Shown here: positions 1-12,729 of the stretch, piece by piece
How the letters are laid out: the number at the start of each line of letters is the position of its first letter
Numbering within the stretch: the stretch's first letter is position 1
From: Eledone cirrhosa
Lineage: Eukaryota
Length of the DNA: 64,000 bases
Direction of reading: 5' to 3'
Assembly: GCA_964016885.1 (NCBI GenBank)
Contig: OZ024752.1
Coordinates: 26,226,001 to 26,290,000, forward strand
Notes under the pieces: model-generated
The model's input: the letters and a program-made list of their open reading frames with translations, nothing else
Told to the model about the DNA's origin: nothing
The model's database searches: none
Made by a program: the position numbers and the translations under genes

Positions 1-175
1 CCACCACCACCACCACCACCATCATCATCACCACCGCCATCACCCCCACCATCATATCACCACCATCATCATCGACAACAACATCAAAAAGATGTTTATT
101 TCATTCTCTATTTCATCGCCTCTGAAGAGAATTTTCTCATTAAATCTCACTGGAGTCTCCTGCTGACATCCTGGT

Positions 176-870
176 TATTGTGGTGGTGGTAGTGGTAGTG
201 GTGGTGGTGGTGTGGTGGTGGTGTGGTGGTGGTGTGGTGGTGGTGTGGGGGGGTGCTGGTTGTGGTGGTGGTGTGGTGTGGTGGTGGTTGCGGTGGCGGC
301 GGTGGTGGTGGTGTGGTGCTGGTTGTGGTGCTGGTGCTGGTGGTGGTACTGGTGCTGGTTGTGGTGGTGGTGGTTGTGGTGGCGGTGCTGATGCTGGTTG
401 TGGTTGTGGTGTGGTGGTGGTTGTGGTGGTTGTGGTGGCGGTGGTGGTGGTGGTGGTGGTGGTGGTGGTGTGGTGCTGGCGGTGGTGTGGTGGTGGCGGT
501 GTGGTGGTGGTGGTGGTGCTGGTGCTGATGGTGGTGCTGGTTGTGGTGGTGTTGGTTTTGGGTGGTGGCGTGGTGGTCGTTGTGGTGTTGGTTGTGTTGG
601 TGGTGGTGATGCTGCTGCTGCTGCTGCTGCTGCTGCCGGTTGTGCTGATGCCAGTGCTAGTGCTGGTGTTGCTGACGGTGGTGTTGGGGGTGATTATAGT
701 TATAGTTGACGTAGTTGTTGTTGTTGTTGGTGGTGGTGGTTGTGGTGCTGCTGCTGGTGGTAATAATGCTGCTGGCAGCGGCGATGGTGGTGGCGGTGTT
801 GGTGGTGATGGCAGTGGTATTGGTTTTGTTATTCTTGACGTTGTTGTTGTTGGTGACAGTTGTGGTTTTG
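176..870. repeat. (GGT)n/(GCT)n/(GTT)n compound trinucleotide microsatellite (with a (CAC)n tract at 1-80)
   Basis: Visible directly; the overlapping ORFs are poly-V/G/W artefacts. Confidence 0.95.
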
Positions 871-1652
871 GTTAAATGCGACAGACTAGGTGTTGTCTTT
901 TCTTGTTGTAGGTGATTGGGTGGAGGTGTCATCTTTGTAAGAAAATATACTTATCTCAAGATGGTAAACATAGTTCCTAAAATTCCCTCTATAGAACTGT
1001 TTCAAGAAATCGGAGAAAATACGCCAACCATCGATCTTACTAATTAGTATCAATCACCAATTATCGATTTTAGTAATTAGCATTCCAAGACCAAGATTTC
1101 TATTATCAGTAGGTTGGTTGTCTAAACTACCTGCACAGGGTGTAATTTTAAAATGTTCCGCACATGGTTTTAAAGTCACGCTTTAAATAATCAGATATTA
1201 CAGTAAGGAATGCTAAAAATAGCTCCAAGCTCGACCAATTAATGCAACTCGAGTAATTAAAAAATATTAAAACCAGGAATATCCTAAATTTAGGTTTAAT
1301 GAATACTATTATTAATTTTCCAAAAACGCTTCTCTCACTTAATTCCCTCTTGTTTTTCCTTGGTGGGAGAGTAAGGTCCGATACATTGAATATAGTTCAT
1401 TTTCCATTGGATACAAGCTTATTGTTCTCCGTGTTTCATTTTTTACGTTATACTTACTATGTATGTACATCGAGTGCTTCTTTTGGTACCACCACCAGTA
1501 ATTCACTGAACCATAAACACTATATATATATGTATTTACATATATATGTATATATATATATATATAGTAATAATAATAAATTTGAAGACTAAAATCCAAA
1601 GAGGGCTCGATAAGGATAAATATATATCAAATATATAAGAACCGTAGAGCAA

Positions 1653-1782
1653 ATATTTATTAAAATAACAGATTAAAGTTTAAGCAAAGAATCGCTGCTT
1701 TCACCCTTAACGGGATCTTCTGAAGATCCCGTTAAGGGTGAAAGCAGCCATTTTTTGCTTAAACTTTAATCTGTTATTTTAT

Positions 1783-1789
<7 letters not shown>
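1653..1789. repeat. Near-perfect 137-bp fold-back palindrome containing a hammerhead-like core (probable Penelope-like terminal-repeat remnant)
   Basis: 68-bp arms around T1721. The right arm reads CTGAAGA-T-CCC-GTTAA-GGG-T-GAAA. A second family copy lies at ~17970-18058. Both abut (TA)n. Confidence 0.7.
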
Positions 1790-1878
<89 letters not shown>

Positions 1879-2305
1879 CATGTATGTGCGTGTATCATAG
1901 GCTATTTGCCCGATATAGGCTTGTTATTTTTATTGATTTATTATGTTAAATCGAGTCAGGAAAACCGTATTGTTTTAAATTAGTATTTTTCAACCAATTG
2001 GAACACATTTTTATTTATATGTGTTCATCCTTCTCATATATCCATATCTATATAGATAGATAGATATGTTTCTTTATTAGCCAGAGGGGCACAAAAGAAG
2101 GGGACAAATACAAAGGGGGAAGTTTACATACAATAAAAACGTGTAAAATGTTATCACAAATGCAATTTAAAAAGTTAGTCGATTTTCCCCAATAGGGGGA
2201 GACAGTTTATATGGGTAACACATACCCCCGAAAAAATGTGCAACCCTCATCTCCAGGAGTACGAAGAGTGTGTACTCCTTTCCTCTCCTCCTCCTTTTCC
2301 TCAAC

Positions 2306-5248
2306 CTACAGGCTGATATAGAGAGAAGGCCCATTCACTCGGGCCATTCTCGCCACTTTCACCCACCTTTCATAAAACTTGCTGGGGTACAGCACCTCTC
2401 TCTCCATCCTGATTCTCCTTCCAAAGTGGTATTTGAAAAAAAGAATCAGTTGTTGGCCGGAGAGAAGGGTGTCTGACCTCAGCCCTTTCAACCTTGTCCA
2501 CCATACAACCTCTTTCGCCATAGCTATCACACAGAGGAAAACCGCCTCTCCTTCGTTTTTGAAGGAGGGTGGCGGTTTGATCATGACAATGGACTCGGTG
2601 GTCAACTGGATTGGTCCCACCCGCGACAATAGTCGTTCTACATAGCCCCACAGGTCAGTGACGCCCGGGCGGTGTATGAATGCGTGCGCGACGGTTTCTT
2701 CGTCTCGCGTGCACCTCGGACAGATCTTTTTTGCAGGGTCCCTGCCCGGGTGTCCATGTCTGTAGAGCTTGTCTCCAACTGGTAGAGCTCCTCAGTAGCA
2801 CTGCCAGGCCAGGGACTTTTGGAAGTTGTCCATCGGTCCCGGGCGGAAGGTCCTACCGAACAGACTGGCCAGTGCATCTTCCTCTACGCCTAGAGTTTCA
2901 CCGAGCGCGTCATCGTACTTGCTGCGGATCAACCCTCTATAGAATGACGAAGTGGAGTCTCCACTGATCGCCGGGTCCGCCTGCCAGAGGGCTGTGAGCG
3001 CCTGAGCACATTCGATGTGCCAGTCGCCCATTTTTTCCTCGGTCTTTGCTTGACCCAGGACTGCAGCTCGGTCAGCGAGACGAGTCGTGGGAAGACTCGC
3101 CTCACGAACGGGGCCCACACCGTTTGTCCGGTAAGGAATACGTAGAGATGCCGCAGCCTGAGCGCGTGTTTGCGCATCGTCAACCACGGCATCCCCAGCC
3201 CTTCATTAGAAGGGTGTTGGCAGCAGATGGATCTTCTCACCAAAGGAGCCCGCCTCTTCCAAAGGAATTGGAAGAGCGCGCGTTCCATTTTGGCGAGCGT
3301 TTTGGCTGGACAAGGCACGACGGTCAAGCGGTAGTAGATGGCGGACGCTATAAAAGTGTTCGCCACCTCCGCTCAACCTTTCAAGGATAGTTTGCACTCG
3401 GCCCACTTCTGGGTGAGTGCAAACACCTTGGCCATCACTTCGTTCCAGTTCTTCTCCACCTGGAGGTCCGGACCAAACCAGACCCCGAGCAGCTTTACTG
3501 GTCCTTCCGTCCAGCGTCCGACGACGCTATCGGAAGGCATCGGTTTGCCTCTCCACGATCCGAGTTGCAAACCGATGGACTTGTCCCGGTTCAGCTTCGC
3601 TCCTGTGAAACTTTCGTATTCTTTCAGTAAGGTGCCGACTTCCTCGATTTGCGAGGCGGTCGACACCATTACTGTCACGTCGTCGGCTTAGGCCGACGCC
3701 GCTTTCCGCAGTCCCGGTTCCAGAGGGATGCCCTGCAATAGCTATAACTTCCGCAGTAGTGGCTCTAGAGTCAGTACGTACAGAAGGGAGGAGAGAGGGC
3801 ATCCCTGTCGAATGGATCGCGTAATATGGAACGGCTCCGAGAGGTAGCCGTTCACCTTGACCCTTGAGCAGATGTTGCTGTTGTGCATTGCAGCAATCCA
3901 GCCCCTGAACGCGGGTCCGAAGCCTGCCGCCTCGAGCACCGCATCCAGGTAACGATGGTCAACCCTATCGAAAGCCTTAGACTGATCCAAGTTGATCAGG
4001 GCCCCACCGAAGCCGGGTTTACACCCTACCCTCTCTATGATGTATCGCATGAGGTGGAGGTTGTCGTGTATGGACCTGGTCGGGATTGCGCATGTCTGCG
4101 CTTCTCCCACCAGGTTCTCGACGACAAGCGCCAGCCTCTTTGCCAACACCTTGGCCAAAATCTGTAACTCTGTGTTTAGCAGAGTTATGGGCCGGAAGTT
4201 GCCTATGTCATCCCCCTTATTCTCGTCCTTCCTGATTAGTGTGACTACGCCCCCGGTTACAGAACTGGGAATTCTCCCGTTCTGTTGCCTGTTGCAGTAG
4301 ACCGCTTCCAGGAGACCGGAGAATAAGTCCGGCATTGTTACGTATAATTCGTAGGGTAGACCGTCGAGACCTGGAGATTTGCGTTTGCCGCATTGGCTCA
4401 GCGCGTCCCTTATCTCAGCGGCTTTTCGCAGAACTTTGTCTCGCTGTCCAAGAGTCGCGGTAGGCCGTCGAGGTATGGACCGAAATCCATAGCCTCTCCC
4501 GGCGCGCCGCCCCTCCCGAACAGTTGAGCAAAGTGCCGCTGAAAAGCCGCACACATCTGCTTCGGCTCACGTATCACGCGTCCGTTTTGGTCCTTCAAAG
4601 ACCGAATCGTGGACTTGTTGCCACTTTTTGCTTCCGTCACTCGGGCCCAGCTAACAGCTTTGGCTCCCTCGTTTCCCAGAGCACGTATTTTGCTTCTGAC
4701 AACGCAGCCCTCGTGCTTTGTGTCGAAGAACTGGTCCAAGGCCGTTCTCGTTGCTAGCACGCTGGCTACGTTTCCACTTCTAATTACCTCTTCTACTTTA
4801 TCTACCAGTTCCTTCTCGGTTCTATTTCTATCTAACGCTAATTCTTTACTAAAAACTATCGAGTCTAATCTAACTGCCCTCTTGAGAGAGTACCACCATC
4901 TGTTGTTGACAATGGCCCCTGTCAAGTGCTGTTTAACTAAAGTGCTAATCCGTCTACTGTAGGCTTTGCTTGTCGGTAACGACAAGTTCAGCTTCCGGTA
5001 GCCGGGTCCTTGTTTATGGGTTCTATCAAGGTTGGCCATGCAGGTCACTAGTTTGTGATCTGAATAGGCAACCATGAACATTTGTGGACAGCTTAACATG
5101 TCCCTATCCTTATTTCGCTGTGGATCCTGGACTTGCAAATGGCTACCACATCCATATTGTACGACCTGAGGTCGTTTAAGAGTTTGCCCTGTTTCCAGGG
5201 CATCCCCAGGCCGCGTACGTTCACACATCCAACTCTTATATTGGCCAT
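2306..5248 (-). pseudogene. Disrupted ORF2 (APE endonuclease - reverse transcriptase - C-terminal CCHC) of Tx1 family 1
   Basis: Starts MANIRVGCVNVRGLG at 5248. Roughly 0.5 kb of the APE domain is deleted at ~5121. Retains SDHKLV, KSPGLDGLP, FRPITLLN, LDQSKAFDRVDH and RQGCPLS. YADD is mutated to *ADD (TAA at 3688-3690). Several frameshifts. Confidence 0.92.
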
Positions 5249-5273
5249 GTTGGTGCTGAAAAGTTAAAAGAGA

Positions 5274-7096
5274 TCACTCACCCTTCGCCTCCTGGGGACC
5301 AGGCCGCACGATTTCCATGGGGGTGTTGGAGGGGTTGTCTGGATGGGTGGTGGTTTCCGGCGGGGTGGGGACGCAGATGTTTGGTGGGGTGGGGTCTGGT
5401 GGGATGGGGGTGTCTGGGGTGAGGAGGCATTTGAGAAGGACGCAGTTGAGTGGTTTCACGCAGGAATTCCCCACATCCTTCTCAAATGTTTCTTTTAGGG
5501 ACCTATAAGTTTGTATAGGGACCCTAATCAGTTTTAGGTTCAGTTTTTTGTTATTTTTAATAGAGTGGGCGAAAGTTTTCCCTTCGGTTTTCACCGAAGG
5601 GTCGTTCGTGATGGTCTCCATTAGTGTTTTGTTTTTAGTGTTTATGTAAGTGTAAGTGTAATTTTCTTGTGTTGTGTTTGTTTTTGTCTGTAGTTCTTGT
5701 GTGTGCTTTCGTTTTGTTGCAGGTATTTTGTTTTCAGGAGGTGGAGGTTTTGTTTGTGATGTTTTTGTTGTTTGTGTTGGTGGTTGTATGTTTGTGGTAG
5801 TGTTTTCTGGTTTTTTGCTTTTGTGATGTCTTTTCTTTCTTTTCGAGCGATGGGGTTCTCCCTTGTCTTCACTGGGTGATGGCGAGATAGCCTCATCTGT
5901 TGTATCGTCTGTGTGATTGGGGAGGGGTATGTCTTGGGGAGCTGTTGTGTCTGTATGTGATTTTGCAGTGGTTTTAGGTGGAGTGGGGTTGGGTGGGACT
6001 GTGTTTGTTGTGGTTATTTTTGTGTGTTGGTGTTGTTGTTGTTGTGGTGTTGTTGGTGGTTGTGTTGTTTTGATGGATGTCGGCAGAAGAGCCTTTTTTT
6101 ACTCATTAATTTAGGACAGGAAGCCCTCAGGTGACCACTGCTAAAGCAATGGTAACATGAAGGTTGCCTACCCTCAACCGAAAAGTTTATGTAGGTGAGT
6201 CCGTCCAGGAGTACACGTTGTGGGATCATAGCTATTCACTCTGGGCTCATTTGCACCAGAACTTCAATGCTAGTCCCATTGAATACATCTCTGGGGGACT
6301 TTCCTATTGACAGTATTCTGTCTTCATCAAAATTGATGAAGCCGCACAGTATCCACCATATGTTCACCTTTGGTGTGACACTCGTGATTTTAATCTTTTG
6401 TCTCCTTTTTCCCATGTATGTAGGGAAAAAGGTATACAGGTTGGATACAATTGGTGACACAGAGTAATTTTGGGCCGTCAATTGATCCTTCATGAGTACC
6501 GAAATACTCCCAAAAAGTTTGCTTCTTTGAATGAATGGAATATCATTCATTGAATTTTTGAAAACCAGTTCAATTTCTTTCTGTGACAATTGGACTGGTT
6601 TTCGGGTAGAATTGGAAACTGTCCTAAAAACTATCGTTTTGAGAGCAGTTTCCTTGCGAATTTCTACCGAAGAATTGATGCTGAAAGCACCATTTTTTTC
6701 GAAAGTGACATATCTCCTAGCGTCCTTTAAAAGTTGTTCGGCATTTGTTATGTCGAGATATGTCAGTTCCTCCTTTTTTTGAACTGTCTGTGCAAAGGAG
6801 ATTTTTGGTTTCTTTGTGGAATTATCCGTGTTGGTGGTGTTGTCGTTATTGTTGTTGTTATTCTTGTTGTCACTGATGTTGATATTATTCGTATTTTCCT
6901 TGGTGTTGGTGTTGGTGTTGTTGTCTTTGATGCTGGTGTTATTGGTGTTGTCTTTATTTTTTTCTTTGTTGTTGTTGTCATTGTTGTTTTTATCATCATT
7001 ATTGGTGTTGTTATTTTTGTTGTCATTGAACTGTTTGGTGTCATTTGTGTTGTTTGGATATGAATTTGTTTTTACATTTTCATTTCGTCTTTCCAT
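5274..7096 (-). pseudogene. Frameshifted ORF1 (N/T-rich low complexity, CCHC zinc knuckle) of Tx1 family 1
   Basis: ORF pieces 6236-7096, 6014-6229 (CYHCFSSGHLRASC) and 5274-5621 align with ORF1 at 38095-40007 (e.g. PTYMGKR vs PSHMGKR, DVGNSCVKP vs DVGTPNVKP). Confidence 0.85.
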
Positions 7097-7406
7097 CTCT
7101 ATAGTATCTAGGGAAGAAAACGATGTTGACTGCGAGCTCTGTAGTCTTACCGACTCTCCACCACCATTATCGTGAACGCAGCCTTCATAACGTAATCAAA
7201 CTTCTTACTATATTTTTTCCAAAATTCGATGGAGAAAAAATTTTTCAAACGAATATTTCGCCCCTATAGGGGCGAAAATGAGTTGACCCACCACCTAAAG
7301 GTCCCGACGGGTGGTCAAGTTACACAATAATATAAAATTTAACTGAAAACTCACGGTTTTTCTTACATAAATTAACGGAAACTTCTCCGCGAAGTTACAC
7401 ACGTCT

Positions 7407-7413
7407 GATAGAG

Positions 7414-7482
<69 letters not shown>

Positions 7483-7650
7483 TAGTGTATGTAGTTCGAT
7501 GAATTATTGGTGGTGTAACCAAAACAAGCACTCGATGATAGGCAGAGTGTAAATACATATAAACAAAACTTCATCATTTTTATTAATATATATATGTGTG
7601 TGCGTGTGTGTACATACATACATACAGACCGACAGACAAACAGACAGACT

Positions 7651-7742
<92 letters not shown>

Positions 7743-7825
7743 GGCAGACAGACAGAAAAACAGACAGACAGACAGACAGACAGACATACAGACAGACAGA
7801 CAGACAGACAGAGAAGACAGACAGA
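7407..7825. repeat. (GATA)n and (GACA)n tetranucleotide microsatellites
   Basis: Visible directly. Confidence 0.95.
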
Positions 7826-7899
7826 CTCCATGGAAGACTCCACATCAGTAAATGCATCAAAGCAGCCAAACAGATGAAAGACAAGCGGCACTAAATCTC

Positions 7900-8040
7900 A
7901 TGGGCCCTTTCTAAATATCTCAAGCTGCAATTCTACAAAGCATTCATGAGCTCTTGGGGTTTCGAGATGGGTCTTGCCTCCGTTGGCTCCAGACAACCCT
8001 AGTTGGTGAGTGCAAGTGCAGAAATATGAATAACTTCAAA
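7900..8040 (+). pseudogene. Possible mariner transposase fragment
   Basis: Manual translation SIHELLGFRDGSCLRWLQTTL resembles the mariner 'IIHEHLGFRKVCARWVPRQL' region; degenerate. Confidence 0.35.
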
Positions 8041-8496
8041 AAGAGAAGAAACTAATGAAGTTTCTGTGATATTTTTATCTTTCGTTTGGTGGTCTTGAAA
8101 GCTCAATAACATATACACTGCTATTATCACAACAACAACAACAACAACAACACTCATCAGGACCAAAGGAGGACATCTTTGAACATACGACATCTCGATA
8201 TGGATTGATAATGAGGCTAAACAAAAACAACAGCAACAATAACAACACCCACAACGACAGCAATAACAACAACAGCAAAAACCACAACAACGATGATAAC
8301 GACAGTAGCTGCAACAACAACAAAAACAACAGCAACAACAAAAACAACAGCAAAAACAACAACAATAACAAAAACAACAGCTACAACAGCAACAGAGATA
8401 GAGCGGTGATGTTTAGAGGGGGGTCAAACTGTAAAAAAAAATTCAACAATTTTTGTTTGTTTTTTGTCAACACAAGTATAGATTCCCTGTCATCAG

Positions 8497-8912
8497 GAAA
8501 TAAGGTGTCTTGCCTAAGATTTCCAGAATGCAATTCTCAGGGAGATTCGGCGTGACAAAGTGTGTGACAAGGCTGACCCTTTGAAATACAGACGAAATAG
8601 ATTTTTGCCAGCTAAGAGAACTAGAGTAACCTGAAATATAACGTCTCGTTCAAGATCTCTTTTACGCAATTCTCAGGGAGATTCGGCGTGACAAAGTGTG
8701 TGACAAGGCTGGCCCTTTGAAATACAAATGCAATACAGCTGAGTGAACTAGAACAACCTGAAATATAGTGTCTCACTCAAGATCTCTTTTAAGCAATTCT
8801 CAGGGAGATCCAGTGTGTAACAGTGGCTGGCTAGCTTTTTGAATTACAGCTACAACACATTTTTACCAGCTGAATGGACTGGAACACTGTATAATAATGT
8901 TTCTTGCTCAAG
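8497..8912 (-). mobile_element. Tandem partial copies (~3) of tRNA-derived CORE-like SINE (family S2)
   Basis: Repeated caattctcagggagattcggcgtgacaaagtgtgtgacaaggctg...gtgtcttgctcaag units; same family as 20085-20370 and 22617-22900. Confidence 0.75.
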
Positions 8913-9250
8913 AATTCTACTCAACACACCAAACCCTACACCCACAAGGCATTTGTCCTCAACCTAGCGATATGTTAGTTAAAATAAACAAAAACTGAAT
9001 TGATGCTCCCAAAGTACATGATAGATGGATGGGTTATAGAGTTAGCACCTCGGATACTTTCTTTGTTAGCATCCGTGCTTCTTGGGACCCCTGGGGGGAC
9101 AGATATTGTCGGAAGGTGTTAAAAATGCTGTGATCTCATGAAGACAGCTGATAATGGGTATACCCCGCAGGGGAAGCACTCAATGTAGATTATTTATCAT
9201 ATACAAGGATAAGTTGATACATAATTGTATTCGTATTTGTCTTTGATATT

Positions 9251-9304
<54 letters not shown>

Positions 9305-9305
9305 C

Positions 9306-9375
<70 letters not shown>

Positions 9376-9556
9376 ATATATATACATATATAATATATAT
9401 ACATATATAATATATATGTAATATATATATATATATTATATATATATAACATATATATATACATATATATATACACATATATATATCCACACATATATAT
9501 ATATACACATATATATATATATACATCTATATATATACATATAGATATATATATAC

Positions 9557-9591
<35 letters not shown>

Positions 9592-9668
9592 TATATGTAC
9601 ATATATATATGTGTGTGTGTGTGTGTTTGTGTATGTATATACACACAGAGACAGAGAGACAAATAGAT

Positions 9669-9725
<57 letters not shown>

Positions 9726-10055
9726 CACCCTTCGCCCTTACTCTTACCTCACTCGCCCACCCGACCCCACAACTCTCAACTATGATGAAGATATATAGAC
9801 ACATCAAACCATTTCCACTTATGAATCAATTGCTAAAATGTTCTGCCCAACATCCTTTACCTAACCCCCATCTACCCACATCCTCACGATTCCACCCAAA
9901 CACCTACACCTCTACATCCACCTCCACACACATCACCACTAACACATCCACCCTCACATCCACCCACATTCTCCGTCTAAACCCAAATTGGCAATCTATC
10001 TATCTATGTGTCTATCGATCTGTTTCTTCCGATATCATTTCGGAAGAAGGATCAG

Positions 10056-10430
10056 GAAGGAGAGAGAAGTGCTCCACCCCAGTCGTTTTTATGAAAGGTG
10101 GGTGAAAGGGGCGAGAATGGCCCGTGTGAATGGGCCTTCTCTCTACATCAGCCTGTAGATGGAAAAGATGAAGGAACGAGGGAGCACCCTCTCTCTCTCT
10201 CTCTGTGCTCCTGAGGAGAAGGGTTGCACACTTTTTTCGGGGGTGTGTGCGACCCCCAAAACGCCTCCTCCCTATTGAAGACTTTATTGTTAATTTTATA
10301 TTTGTTATTTGTTTTCTTTACTCGCCTGTTTGTGTAAACCCCCCCCCCCCTCTTGTATTTGTCCCCTTCTTTTGCGCCCTCGTGGCAATAACTAGAAATA
10401 TATCTATCTATCTATCTATCTGTCTGTCTG
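10056..10430 (+). mobile_element. 5'-truncated Tx1 family 1 copy (ORF2 C-terminus + 3' UTR + (TATC)n)
   Basis: Encodes ...YERWVKGARMARVNGPSLYISL*, followed by the 3' UTR and a TATC tail. Confidence 0.9.
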
Positions 10431-10459
10431 TCTGTATGTCTGTCTATCTATCTAACTTT

Positions 10460-11370
10460 ATCACTTCGACATTCTATAGAGGGTTGATCCGCAGCAAGTG
10501 CGACGACGCGCTCGGAGAAACTCTGGGCGTAGAGGAGGACCAACTGGCCAGTCTGTTCGGTAGGACCGTCCGCCTGGGACCAATGGACAACTTCCAAAAG
10601 TCCCTGGCCTGGCAGTGCTACCGAGGAGCTCTACCAGTTGGAGACAAGCTCTACAGACATGGACACCCGGGCAGGGACCCTGCAAAAAAGATCTGTCCGA
10701 GGTGCGTGCGAGACGAAGAAACCGTCGCGCACGCATTCATACACCGCCCGGGCGTCACTGACCTGTGGGGCTATGTAGAACGACTATTGTCGCGGGTGGG
10801 ACCAATCCGGTTGACCACCGAGTCCATTGTCATGATCAAACCGCCACTCTCCTTCAAAGACGAAGGAGAGGCGGTTTTCCTATGTGTTATGGCTATGGTG
10901 AAAGAGGTTGTATGGTGGACGAGCTTAAAAGAGCTGAGGTCAGACACCTTTCTCTTCAGCTAACAACTGATCCTTTTTTTCAAATCCACTTTGGAAGAAG
11001 AATCAGGATGGAGAGAGAGGTGCTGTACCCCAGCAAGTTTTATGAAAGGTGGGTGAAAGTGAGGAGAATGGCCCGAGTGAATGGGCCTTCTCTCTATATC
11101 AGCCTGTAGGTTGAGGAAAAAGAGGAGGAGAGGAAAGGGGCACAAACTCTTCGTATTCCTGGAGATGAGGGTTGCACATTTTTTCGAGGGTATGTTTTAC
11201 CCATATGAAATGTCTCCCCCTATTGGGGAAAATCGATTAATTTTTAAATTGCATTTGTGATAGTATTTTACACGTTTTTATTGTATGTAAACTTCCCCCT
11301 TTGTATTTGTCCCCTTCTTTTGTGGCCCTGTGGCTAATAAAGAAACATATCTATCTATCTATCTATCTAT
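10460..11370 (+). mobile_element. 5'-truncated Tx1 family 1 copy (~900 bp)
   Basis: Highly similar reverse complement of ~2052-2955 (FYRGLIRSKCDDALGE...CPRC..ETVAH); ends in (TATC)n. Confidence 0.93.
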
Positions 11371-11411
11371 CGGTCTGCTTTCTGTCTGTCTGTTTATCTA
11401 TCTATTAACTT

Positions 11412-11502
<91 letters not shown>

Positions 11503-11552
11503 CTATCCATCTGCATATCTGCCTTTCTATCTATCTATCTATCTGTATATAA

Positions 11553-11925
11553 ACCTGTAGTTTAAAGAAGAGAGCAAAAGGAAGAAAGGGGCACTTGCAC
11601 AACACGCTCCTGAAGTTGAGGTTTGTTCTATCGACGAGGTATTAAACAACCCATTTGTAACGTCTCCCCCTATTGGGGATTTCGATTGTTAAATTTATTT
11701 GTTTTAATAATATTTTTACACGACTGTATGTAAAATCCCCGGCATGTGTCTTTGTATTGTCCCCTTTTCTTGTGCGTCCTTGTGGCTAATAAAGAAATAT
11801 ATCTATCTATCTGTCTATCTATCTATATATATATATATATATAAACTCCCCATTTGTATTTGTCCCCTTCTTTGTGCCCTTGTGGCTAATAAAGAAATTT
11901 ATCTATATATATATATGTCTGTCTA
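11553..11925 (+). mobile_element. Two further 3'-UTR-only Tx1 family 1 fragments
   Basis: ...gtccccttYt...tgtggctaataaagaaat-(TATC)n occurs twice (~11760-11820 and ~11843-11925). Confidence 0.8.
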
Positions 11926-12004
11926 TCTATATATCTACCCTCACACAAGTCTGTCAGCTACGTCGACCTTTACATAGTACAGTCCCCACCACCCCTTACA
12001 GCGG

Positions 12005-12705
12005 TCACTACATTTACAACAACATCGACGCCATCTCCCCTTTTTAAGACCAACTCAACAAATTCTTCTCTTTTCTTAACCCCTTTTCGCCCTTCTCTTG
12101 AATTTCCGTCATGTTTGACACATTCATTAACTTTCTAGCTATCGATGTCTCTATCGACCACTCTGACCTCATCACCGTCTTCTATAAACCCGCTGAATCC
12201 CCTTCCTACCTACTCCCAACCTCCCCCCAACCTCCCCCCAACCTACTCATATCAGATACGCTATTTCTTGTTTCTGATTCCTCTCTGTCTCTTGTATCTC
12301 TGCAGCCGTGACCATCACTTTAAGACCCTGTCCCAATACATGATCTGCTTCATCATACGACATGGATGCACTAACTAGTTCAAGCGGCCTTGATCCGTAC
12401 CTGTCATTTTAACCACCGTTCGTCTCATTCCACCCGCATTCGCTCCACTTTCAACAGCCACCACATTCCTCCGACATTACATTTGACGAGCCTTCTGTCT
12501 TATCCAGTCCGATCCCACCACAATTGATATTTTTCTTAATCCAAACTTCCTTTCTTTTCAGGGTGTCCCTACCCTATACGACTTGCTCGACCGTAACCCT
12601 ATCTTGCTCCCTGTCATGCTTCCACACCTGTCCGTTCTTCACTAATGTCATCGCTCTCACTGACCCAACAACCACACCTTCCATATTTCATACCCGTTCA
12701 GCTGC
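12005..12705 (+). pseudogene. Degenerate Penelope-like element (PLE) reverse transcriptase/thumb/linker fragment
   Basis: Manual translation across frames: QLNKFFSFLNPFRPSLEF, INFLAIDVSI..ITVFYKPAESPSYL, LCSRDHHFKTLSQYMICFIIRHG, LIQSDP..IF, CFHTCPF. These match the PLE RT C-terminal motifs (LNSFHPSLKF, FLD, YYKPTDSHSYL, CS..F..RGY) and the Cys-rich linker. Confidence 0.7.
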
Positions 12706-12729
12706 TCATTTAATAAGGATGTCTACGTT

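Larger units (their letters stand above)
2052..7405 (-). mobile_element. Full-length but decayed Tx1/L1-clade non-LTR retrotransposon (family 1, (TATC)n-associated)
   Basis: ORF1 with a CCHC knuckle and ORF2 with APE-RT-CCHC remnants homologous to the element at 37880-43728. The 3' UTR ends AATAAAGAAACA-(TATC)n and the 5' end abuts (GATA)n at 7407. Confidence 0.93.

Noticed and set aside
118-160. CTGAAGA-G-AATTTT-C hammerhead-like start
   Set aside because: No GAAA, stem III or stem I follows.
180-932. Long Val/Gly/Trp-rich ORFs (also 24457-25441, 25828-27177, 33642-34901, 56799-57979, 62466-63278)
   Set aside because: Translations of tri- and dinucleotide microsatellites, open in several frames and both strands, with no domain motifs.
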